Below are positions 53,601-64,000 of a stretch of 64,000 nt of DNA, in pieces. Under the pieces are notes generated by a model. The model had not been told where the DNA came from. It saw nothing but the letters and a program-made list of their open reading frames with translations, and did not search any database. Each line of letters starts with the position of its first letter. Position 1 is the first letter of the stretch. The stretch spans positions 3,348,001 to 3,412,000 of the forward strand of contig CATNEN010000038.1 of the NCBI GenBank assembly GCA_950097015.1, read 5' to 3'. Source of the DNA: Macrostomum hystrix. Its lineage: Eukaryota; Animalia; Platyhelminthes. A program made the position numbers and the translations under genes.

Positions 53601-56600
53601 ATGTCGTTGTGGTGCTAGTACTGGTGGTCGTGGTTGGGGTTGTCAGGCATGTCGAATTCAGTGGGTACACGCAGGCCATTAGGGACACGAAGAACTGATA
53701 CTCGGTGGAGATATAGCCAGGCTTCGTTCCTCTGGGAACAATCATCAGCTCGGAGGTGAGGCGATTGAGATCATAACAGATTGGATCACCGGTGGAGGAA
53801 GTCTTTCCAGGGGTGCTGAAGTCGAGCACGAGCTTGTCACTAGTTGGCTCTCGAATCATAATTCCTGCGCTGAAGACATTTCCAGCTATACAGAGCTGAA
53901 ATGATTTGCATGTTTTTAAAGAGCTGTAAGAGTAATATAACTTCGGATCAATCATCTGATGTTCTGTAATACACAACTGATAGTTCTTACGCGAGAAACT
54001 ACAGTCGCCGGTCTGCACCCAAACACTGTAAGATCAACCCTAAGACCAGCAGAGCCAATAGGAAGAATGTAGCCTGCAAAATCGCGGTATTCCCCTCCCG
54101 TTATAGCGAACGGTGGAATAAGGTCTGAGCGGCTGAACGCATCCAAGAGACATGCTGAAATTGCGAATGAGCCATGTTAAACGATGCGGTGTTTATCAAG
54201 AAAAAGTTATCGAAATGTTTATAAAAATATTGACCGTATTGGAGTTATTCGTTGTTAGAATAAATATTAGAAGCCATTAAAAATTACTTGTTGTTGTCGT
54301 TGGTGTTGTCACTGTAGTAGTAGTTGGAGTAGTTGTAGTTGTCGGCGTTGTTGTAGTGCTCGTTGTAGGCGTTGTTGTCGTTGTAGACGATGTTGTGCTT
54401 GTAGATGGTGTCGTTGTGGAGGTTGCGGTTGTCGATGTCGTAGTAGGGATTGTTGTTGTCGGAGTTGTGGCGGTGGAAGTGGTTGAAGTCGAGGTTGTGG
54501 GTGTGGTAGTCGGCGTTGTTGTGGTTGCTGTTGATGTAGTTGTCGGTGTAGTTGTTGATGTGCTAGTTGTAGTTGTTGTCGTACTCGTGGTACTGGTTGT
54601 GGTAGTGGTCGTTGATGTCGTCGTTGGTGTTGTTTGGCAGGTTTCGTTTAAAGGTAGAAAACAGGCTTGGATTGTCAAGAAAAACTCATAGTTTGAGTTT
54701 CCTGTTTGAAGCACTGTTGGCTTAATCTGAAGTTCAACCATGTCGATGTTTAAGTTGTAGCACAACTGCGGTGTGGATGTTTCAATTGTTACTGAATCGG
54801 TGTAAAGCACAGGATAGTCCAAAAATGTCCTTCGATAAACGACGTTTGACCTTTTAACGTTGCCAATCAGGCAAACCTGCAACGGATTGCGAAGCATTTT
54901 GTTCATTGATTCTGTGTTTCGCTTAATGTTAAACTAATAATATAGAAATCTGACCATATGACCCGTAGTTAGAAATAGAGATACCCACAAATAGTTAAAA
55001 CATTTTTTATAATGCCTTACCTGTTTAACATTCAAAAAACCACGGCAACCACGTGCTGTGAGGTCGATGGCCATATAGCCACCGCTAGATACTGGAATCG
55101 TCCAACCTTTAGCTCCGTCGAAAGTTGCTCCAGTGATAGTAAAAGATGGTAGGTAGACAGGACTTGACAAGCCATTAACCACTGGGCAAACTGGAATAAA
55201 AAAGAGATCGATCGATTGGCAATTCATAGCAATGAATAAATAGTAAAGTACCAGAGATCATAAAGCACAATCATACTTGTTGTAGGCACGGTAGTTGTCA
55301 GCGTCGTAGTCAGAGTTGTTGATGTCGTTGTAGTTGTCGTTGATGGTGTTGTTGTGGTTGTTGTGGTTGGCGTTGTCGTAGTGGATGTGGTAGTTGTTGT
55401 TGGAGTAGTTAAACAAGTGCTGTTCAACAGTGTAAAGCAAGCCTTGATGGAGATGTACGCACGAAACGCGGTATCAGAGCTAAACGCGCTTTTCAGCTGC
55501 TGCGGAGAGATCCGCACACCGGTTAGCATCATGCCTGTTGGCGGAGTGAAGCATAGCGGATCGGACACCCCCGGTGCCGACTGGCTGGCTGAAAGAATGT
55601 TTGGACTGTAGCTCCCACCATAGACCGTTTGGTACAGGATGTACGAGGTCTGAATGTTTCCGAGGAGACAAATCTGAAAGTTTTATGATCTGGCGATTGT
55701 AAAACAGCATTCCATATTACTATTTTTTTAAGAAATGGCAGATCCAGAAATAAAGTAAAAACTACTCACACTTTCAACTTTAATCGGCGAGCGACATCCG
55801 AATACGGAAAGATCAACAGTCATAGCAAATGACCCTCCAAGAGGAAGTATGTACCCAGAAACAGTCGAGGTAGCTCCGCTAATTGCAAATGGTGGAATAA
55901 ATCGCTCATCAGATAAGCCATCAACAGCACATGATGCTGTTGTGGTTGTAACAGTTGTGCTAGTACTCGTCGTGGTGCTTGTCGTCGGGGTTGACGTCGT
56001 CGGAGTTGTCGTCGTTGTCGACGTCGTGGTTGGTGTGGTTGTGGTGCTTGTTGTTGATGTGGTTGTCGTTGGAGTTGAAGTGGTGGTTGAAGTAGTTGTG
56101 GTAGTGCAGGATGTTGGTAAAGGAGTGAAACAGGCTTCGATAGTGAGGAAGAACTGATACGTTGAGGTGTCTAAAGTTCCACTCTTGAACTCCTGTGGAA
56201 TAACTCTCAACTCGCTTATGGGAAGCATAGGGAAGTAGCAAAGTGGATTTGCTGTGTCGCTCGTGTTGTACAGAGACATGACAAAGAAGTCCCAGAAGAG
56301 GTTAGATCCTTGTCGAATAATTAAATTAGCTCTTTTAACGTTGCCACCGAAAAGACAAATCTAGAATGTGCGAATTATCAAGTCAAAATATATATGAGAG
56401 CGTGTTAGAAAGCTTTAATTACTTCTAAGTTATAAAAACTTACCCGGTTAATTAGTATGGGAGTACGGCATCCAGAAACTGATATGTCTATATAAACACC
56501 GTCTACTGAACCCCTAGGTACATTGAATCCAGTGATCGGGTTGTAAGATGGAGCACTGATTGACGAGCTCGGAATATAGACGCCATTAACTCCGTTGACT

Positions 56601-59600
56601 AAGCAGGATGTTGTTGTTGTCGGAGTTGTCGTTGTTGTCGTAGTAGCTGTCGTTGTGGTTGTTGGAGTCGTGGAAGTAGTTGTTGGAGTTGTTGAAGTTG
56701 ATGTAGTTGTTGATGTTGTAGAAGTTGTGGCGGTCGTCGTCGTAACAGGCTGGGTTTGGCACGATGCAGAGAGCGAAGTAAAACAGCCCTCGAGATTCAG
56801 GAAGAAAGAATAGTTTACATCGGATGAGGAACTATTTTGCAAGGCGACAGGTGTGATCGCGATGCCGGTTATGTTTGCTCCAAGGGTTATGCAGAGAGGA
56901 GTCGCTGAAGATGAAACGGAAACCAAATTAGATTCTAAGACAAGATCGAAACGACCAGTCGGATAGTTTGTCTGCGTGGACACCGTCACTTGTCTGACAT
57001 TGCCAGTTACACAAACTCGAGTCAAATAAGTCGGACTCGGACGACATCCACCGGCGGTCAAATCGATTATAAGATCCCGACGAGCACTGACAGGCATTTC
57101 ATATCTGCCCGTGACATACGTAGCGCCGATGATAGCCCAGTCTGGAATATATTGCCTATCACTTAGACCATTTATTGCTGGGCATATGGTTGGCTTCACA
57201 GTAGTGGTTGTCGTTGTTGAGGTCGTTGTGGAAGTTGTCGGTGTTGTTGAAGTCGAAGTTGTAGTCGTTGTTGGCGTTGAAGGTGCTGTTGTTGTTGGAG
57301 TAGTTGTCGTAGACGTTGTTGTACTAGTCGTTGGCGTTGTTGTCGTCGTTGGACTCGTTGTTGTTGGGGTTGTTGTTGTCGAGGTCGTCGATGTCGTGGT
57401 CGGAGTTGAAGTGGTTTGTGTTGTTGTCGTTGATGTTGAAGTTGTTGGTGTTGTAGTGGTAGAAGTAGTGGGAGTGGTTGTCGTTGTTGTCGAAGTTGTG
57501 GTTGGAGTTGTGGTTGTCGTAGTTGTTGGTGTCGTGGTTGTCGGTGTTGTTGTTGTGCTGGTTGTGGTTGTACTCGTAGTTGTCAGACAACTGGAATTCA
57601 AATGAACAAAGCATCCGTAGACATTCATATAGAATGCAAAGCTCGGTCCTGTTCCAGCGATTACAGTTTGAGGCATCAGCTGCACTGCGGTCACATCCTT
57701 GTTAATTTGAAGACACAGCAGACCACTACCACCGGTCACGCTTGCTGGGAAAAGTACCAGTCGAGAATTTCGATTGTCCTGGAGCGCAATCAAAGTAGTT
57801 TGCACGTTACCACCTAGACAGACACTAAAGATTCGAGTTGGAGCCCGACATCCACGAGCCGAGACGTCAATCACGATGGAGCCTAGAGGTTGCACAACAA
57901 ACGCTCCAGCGCCGTTGATCATTGCTCCTGTGATGTCCTGGTCGGGAATGAACATGGAGCTCGACATTCCATCCTGTACCGGACAGTCTGAAAGGCATAT
58001 ATGTAACTTTGTGAAGTTGCTGAGAAGTTAACTCAATGTGAAGCGAGCAGAACTGAAAAATCATATGCCTAAATTAATCAAGCCCGTTGATTAGGAAGAA
58101 TTAGAGCAAACTTGCGATTAAAATATAAATAATACACATTAGGCTTACAAGTTGTGGGTGTAGTCGTTGTTGTTGAGGTTGTTGTCGACGTTGTCGGAGT
58201 TGTAGTTGTTGTGCTGGTAGTTGTTGATGTTGTTGTTGGCGTTGTACTAGTAGTGCTGGTTGTTGTAGGAGTTGTGGTGGTTGTGGTTGGAGTCGTTGTT
58301 GGTGTAGTCATCGTGCTGGTTGTTGTTGGAGTAGTTGTTGTAGTTGCTGTTGGTGTCGTTGTAGTACTAGTGGTTGTTGGTGTCGTTGGCGTCGTGGTCG
58401 ATGTAGCTGTTGATGTTGTCGGTGTGGTCGTCGTAGATGTAGTCGAAGTTGTCGTTGTTGAGGTGGTAGTTGTTAGACAGGTCGCGTTCAGGTTTGTGAA
58501 ACAGCCGTGAATAGAAAGGAAGAAAAAGTACGAAGTGGTTCCTGTCGTCTTAAATAACTGTGGAGCGATTTGAACACTGATGACATCCATGTTAACATCA
58601 ATGCACAGAATTTCTCCTTCCTTTGCGGTAAGCCTAGCCGAGTCTGGTATCAGATAGGGTATTACGAAAGTGTTAAACCGAACTAGAACAAACGCTTGCG
58701 CGACGTTTCCAGCCATGCAGACCTGCAAGAAAAGTGTCATACGTTTAATTTGAAAAAAAAGAAATGAACTTGATCATCGCAATCGGTTTTTATTGTCCAA
58801 ATCTTGTCGCATATTTCATAGATTGCAAATCAGAGAGTATTACTTACCCTCATCACTCGTGTCGCTGGTCGACAGCCCCTAGCAGAGATGTCAACAATTA
58901 TGGACTTTCCGGGCGCCAATGTGAACGCACCCGAGACCTCTCGTCTGCCATCGGTCGCAATGTCAGTTTCCGGTATCATTGAGGGATAAAGAAGGCCGTC
59001 AACAATCGGACAATCTAAAAAACAAATATAAATGAAAATTATAAATCATCAGTAAATTTAAGGCGCCTAATACGACAATGCACTCTCTTTTTAGCTCCTT
59101 TGCTTACGGAATGAGGCATTGCTAACCTTACATTTTATTTTTCTTACGTCTTGTACACATTTTCAAGCTTACAAGTCGTTGTAGGTGCCGTAGTTGTTGT
59201 GCTAGTTGTTGGCGTTGTCGTAGTCGGCGTTGTTGTTGTGGTCGTAGATGTGGTCGTCGGAGTTGTAGTAGTCGAAGATGTGGTCGATGTAGTTGTTGGT
59301 GTCGTTGTTGAAGTGGAAGTTGTGGGAGTGGTAGTCGTTGTTGTAGAAGTAGTGGAAGTTGTCGGAGTCGTTGTTGTTGTGGTGGTGGTCGGAGTTGTTG
59401 TGGATGTTGTTGTGCTTGTTGTCGTCGTAGGTGCAGTGCAAGTGCTTGGAAGCGGTTCAAAGCATCCCTCAATAGTGACAGAAAAACGATAGTGCAGGTT
59501 GGAAGAGTCGTATGATTTTATCATTTGCGGTGCGATTCTCACAGCCGAGATATTAAATCCAAGCGAGTAGCACAGAGAATCGGAAATTGTATCACCAGCT

Positions 59601-62600
59601 GTCACAAATGACAGCACAGAGAAAACTAGATTTGACGCGCCGTTTCTCTGTATTAGAATGTTTGCCTGCTTGACGTTTCCATTCAAGCATATCTGCAATA
59701 ATCATGTGTTCGGGTTGTTTTCTCATAGTAATACTCAGCGTTTGATTTTTCAAAGATTTAATAACTAAATTTCTAAATTTTACCCTCTCAATGTAAACAG
59801 GGTTGACACGGCAGTTAATGGCCGACAAATCAATATCCATATAACCAATAGTCGAACGAGGAATGCTGTACCCGAAAATTTCGTCAGACAAGACGCCACT
59901 GACAGAGTAAGGCGGGATGTAGATGTTACTTGAAAGTCCGTTGATCAGCGGGCAAACTAAAATGGGAGCATTTTAGTAGCAATTTATATATCTGACACTT
60001 AAAATGACGAGTAGAGAAAACGTTTACAAAGCATAACTTAAGCGCAGTTCCTACTTGTGGGCTTGGGAGTGGTCGTTGTTGTTGTTGTCGTCGATGTGGT
60101 TGCTGTAGTTGTTGTAGTCGGAGTTGTTGTCGTCGATGTCGTTGTTGGTGTAGGCGTCGTTGTTGTAGGCGTTGTTGTTGTCGATGTTGTTGTTGAAGTC
60201 GATGTCGTTGGTTTTGTAGTAGACGTAGTCGTTGCTGTGGTTGTTGTTGGAGTAGTAGAAGTTGTCGTTGGAGTCGTAGTTGGTGTTGGTGTGGTCGTTG
60301 TTGTTGGGGTTGTTGTCGTTAAAGTTGTTGAGGTGGATGTTGTCGTTGGAGTTGTGGTGGTTGTGGTAGGCGTTGTTGTCGTCGTAGAAGTTGTGGTAGT
60401 TGACGTTGATGTTGTTGGCGTAGTGGTGGTTGTTGTTGTGCTAGTTGTGGGGGTAGGTGTTGTGAGGCATATTGCTGGCAAGGGCAAAAAGCAAGCATTA
60501 ATCGTCAGATAGAACTGGTACTGAGTTCTACTCGCTGCGGAGGACTTGAATTCTAGTGGGAAAATTCCGATCTGGGCTGCAACCAGTTTTATATCGTAGC
60601 AAAGATCGCCCACATCATTCGAATCTGACGCGGTTTTCGGGACGGGTGTGAATGGCCGACTACTCGACTCGCGGTACAAGATGCTAGCTCTCTTGACTGT
60701 TCCACTTATACAGATCTGAAACGATGGGTGAAATCATGCTTTAAACTCCCTTGGTTTGTTCATTCGATAGTTTTTTAACCAACTATACGCTCGTATTGTT
60801 AAAATTGTTAAATTGTTAAAATTAAATTTATGAAATCTGCATGCTCTAGACTTTTCTATTGTCGAGTCTACTGAATGTCGAGAGGAAACTTAAAATCCCT
60901 TGCTTACTACTATAAGTAGGTTCTATAAGGATGTGGTGAATCATCGCAATCCGTCTCACCGATTCAACTAGGATCGGGCTGCGGCAAGTTCCCAGGACCA
61001 GATCAACTAGCATGACATCGTTCTGGTTGACCAACCAGCCTCTGAACGGATCCGACATGGCGAATTGAACAGCGGTTGGCGGAATGTAGGAGAAATCAGA
61101 CATGCCGTTCACGATTCGACAGTCTACAAGGACGAATAGTTCATTATTATTCAACTTAGTCCTACTGCGAAATCATGCTCTGTAAATGCCACTCACAGGT
61201 CGTCGTTGTTGGTGTGGTAGCCGTGGTGGTTGTCGACGTGGTAGTGCTAGTGGTTGTCGATGTTGTCGCGGTGGTCGTTGCTGTCGTAGGCGTTGTAGTC
61301 GTTGTAGTTGAAGTAGTAGGCGTCGTTGTTGTGCTAGTCGTGCTAGTAGTCGGGGTTGTCGTTGTGGTAGTTGTGGAAGTAGTTTGGCAGCTGTCGTTCA
61401 CTGGCGTGAAGCAGCCATCGATGGTCAGAAACACCTGGTACGAGGAAGCTGAAAGCGCGCCAGACTTTAGTGCGGCGGGATAGAGTGCCAGACGAACCAT
61501 CCGCGCATTGAGGTCATAGCACAGCCGAGATCCGCTGACGTCGGAGAACAGCGTGCTGGATGGTTCAAATGGAATATAGCGACTGCTCATTGTGGGCATA
61601 TACTTGACGAACGCTCGAAGCACGTTGCCAGTCATGCACAGCCTTTGGATGTAGACCTCAGTAGTCCTACAGCCTTCGATAATGAAATCGAATTCCATCT
61701 GCTCGTTGAAGTTGATTAGGAAATCACCCGATAAGCCCGGACGACCACCATTGATGGATTTGTCCGGGATGTAGGACTTCTGCGACAGACCGTTCACATA
61801 GGCGCACACTGAAAGAGAGGCCAGAATTCGCTAAGCCAAAATATGATCGAACAGTTGTCCTTGAGCAAGAAAATTAATTTCACCTAGCTGTAAAATGGTT
61901 ATCGGTATTAGGTAAGGTAGTAGTCAGGGTGGATGTGGTGGCCATGTTCGCAGCTTATGGAATCGCAATAGATGCGGCTGTGCTACCAGTTATAAATGTG
62001 GCCCAAATTGCCCAGGACTAATTATAAATACTCGTACATGTTCATATTCAGCAAATACGCGTGTAATGCATATCTTATATACTAAAAATGAAATGGTTGG
62101 TTGCTTGTAATTGATTTTCTCCCGAACGGCTCAACCGATTTTTCAATCATACTAAAGATTGAACCCAAGGGTCCAAAACTATTTTTACCTGGTGTAGTCG
62201 TTGGCAGCTGCGTCGTTGTCGACGTACTTGCAGTCGTCGTCGTGGTGGTTGTCGGTGTCGTGGTGGTTACGGTGGTAGTCGGCGTTGTCGGAAGTGGCGT
62301 GGTGAAGGCATATTTGGTTGTCAAAGGCACGCATGAGCAGAAAGGTTCCGGTGTTGTGAAACTGGCAGCCGGGCAGCACAGTGCAGCCAGCAGAATGAAT
62401 GCGGCTACACCTGCGGTGACAGCGGTTTATAGCTTCAATTAACGAAATATATTTTTAAGCTAATTTTTAGTCACGAGATAGTCGTTATTTTATTCGATCG
62501 AGCGTATGTTTGATTTTCGTACGCATTTCTTAATTTTACTACTTACGAAGTGCAAACTTGATTAGAATAAATTACAGAATAAATAAGATTGTTCGTAAAT

Positions 62601-62623
62601 CAATCAGCTTCACCTTCCAACAT
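47646..62623 (-). CDS. Giant type I membrane mucin-like protein: signal peptide, 14 Cys-rich discoidin-like modules with Thr-rich spacers, SEA domain, TM helix, cytoplasmic tail (roughly 3,500 aa, estimated)
   Basis: Exon 62623-62614 (ATGTTGGAAG) splices to 62410-62189, giving MLEGVAAFILLAALCCPAASF. A repeating module follows (C..NGLS...YIP...I.G...LxIDLT..GCR...|ICLxGNV...LCY...IxP...YQFFLTIxACFxPL...C-TTT). SEA at ~49320-49650 (FSFRFSNLQW...YSDPNS...FTAGSVVV); TM ILIILVAVIGGVFLLVLIIFII at ~49030-49100; terminal exon GRARFYDPVEGPATERSAGKPGSHIA* ends at 47646. Confidence 0.85.
47890..48365. repeat. 23-bp minisatellite (AGGAATCTACCATGCACTTCCCC)n
   Basis: Tandem copies in the last intron of the mucin gene. 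Confidence 0.95.
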
Positions 62624-63712
62624 GATCGATCGACTCGCAAGTCGCATTGCTGTTAGTCCAAGCTGGGCGGACACGAGTTGTCGCTGTCACACCCAACAAT
62701 AGTTAAGAAGGTTTGATCTCAGCGTGCTGAACGTCTTGGGCTGCTCAGGTTAGAGACGCTCCCGGCTTGTTTGCGAGCTTTAGTTGGCAAAGCGAGGGGC
62801 GATCGAAGACAGCTTCTTAATATGCAAAGTTCATTCTCGACCTGCACGAGTTTGAAGAATTGCCACTCGAGTGAAGTCCAACCAGTTCGGCAGCCGCGCC
62901 CATCGCCGCCCACCCCCTCCAGAAAATAATATCTTCAACTGGTGTTCCTTTCTCATTGTATCTGTGAAACTACCCTATTCTCGGCTTTTCTCGCATCATC
63001 CTTCCACCTTTCGATCTTCTCTATTCAGTAGCGACCGCGTCGAGTAGTCTGCCTCCCCGCTGACAGCAATCCCGCGCTCCCTGTGTGATCGCCGCGGTTC
63101 GGTCCGCAGAGTTTGGGTGGCCAATGCAGAAAAGCATGAGTCTAATTCGGCTCAGCCTATGAAACAGAGTCCTGGCCTGAGCATGCTGGAGCAATGAATG
63201 GCCAGGAGATGGCTGCGTGTCTGCGTGAAAAGTGCAGAGTGTCTATAAAAGGTAATGCATGAACTCAAATTTTCACAAAGAATTTAGAAAACAGTGGCTG
63301 TAAAAAACCCGCTAAAGGATTACACCATCTGTTCACTTTTCCAAATTATCAATTAAGACCTATATATCGTATATTACAGCAAGAAAAACTCTAATCTGTG
63401 CCAAGTGTACAAGATATGGATGTGAGGTTAATTAGAAGCGAATTGCAAGGTTCGACAAGTGCATTGTTAGGATTGTGAGCAAGATCTGCTCAAGTGGTGG
63501 GGTGGCGACCCTACGCAGGACTTCACTAAACTGCTTCCAGACTTCAACGCAGCTATAGGAAGACAAGTTTTTGTTTCCAAATAAAGTAACAAATGATTTT
63601 CTTTCATTCTCAGAGGAAATAAGCTTGCATCACTGGAACAGCCCGCCGTTGCTAGCCACCCACTCTCATCTTGAGCTTGAATAAGAAGCGTAAAGCATTG
63701 ACGACCTGTCCA

Positions 63713-63953
63713 TTACGCCCCAGGAGAGGCAGCAGGCGATTTTCTGAGCGAGCTTTCATCAACCATTTTTGGAATGCTTTGTAACGCACCTTTAATTCTT
63801 CTTCTCGTCACCTTCAGAAATGTTTTTTGGAGCCACGATGTACTAAAAAAGCGGATATTTCTTGTAGTACTATTCGTTTTGTTACAAATGAAATCAACTT
63901 TACGTGACAATACTTCGTTGAACACGCCTATTCGATTCGAATAACGGGACAAA
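63713..63953 (-). CDS. Possible terminal exon of an upstream minus-strand gene, product unknown
   Basis: 79-codon non-repetitive frame preceded by a TCTTTAG acceptor and ending in TAA; no family recognised. Confidence 0.3.
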
Positions 63954-64000
63954 CTAAAGATTTCAAACTTTACAGACCTTTATAGATATGATGCCACCTA

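Noticed and set aside
49671-61483. Plus-strand poly-Val ORFs
   Set aside because: Antisense shadows of the Thr-rich mucin stalks (ACN codons read in reverse).
61884-61953. Possible extra Thr-rich mucin exon (MATTSTLTTTLPNT)
   Set aside because: The apparent donor is phase 2 while the next exon needs phase 1; cannot be supported without transcripts.

Overview
Eukaryotic (metazoan) genomic DNA with GT-AG introns and a very high minisatellite density. Gene content and repeat style suggest a free-living flatworm such as Macrostomum (inference only). Genes from left to right: 5' part of a LIV-1-type ZIP zinc transporter (-), a tetraspanin (+), ARF6 (-), a two-domain Ly6/uPAR-like GPI-anchored protein (+), then five co-oriented, closely spaced minus-strand housekeeping genes (transcription order UBFD1, ZCCHC4, CSTF2, RBM7, NUBP2) that look like an SL-trans-spliced operon. 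The last is a ~15-kb minus-strand gene for a giant type I membrane mucin: signal peptide, 14 six-cysteine discoidin(F5/8C)-like modules separated by Thr-rich stalks, a SEA domain with the GSVVV cleavage motif, a TM helix and a short tail. Mobile DNA includes three copies of a tRNA-derived SINE, two hAT-type MITEs with exact 8-bp TSDs and a fold-back element. About 25 minisatellite arrays explain most of the long low-complexity ORFs in the track. Exon boundaries were read by eye and repeat limits are approximate.
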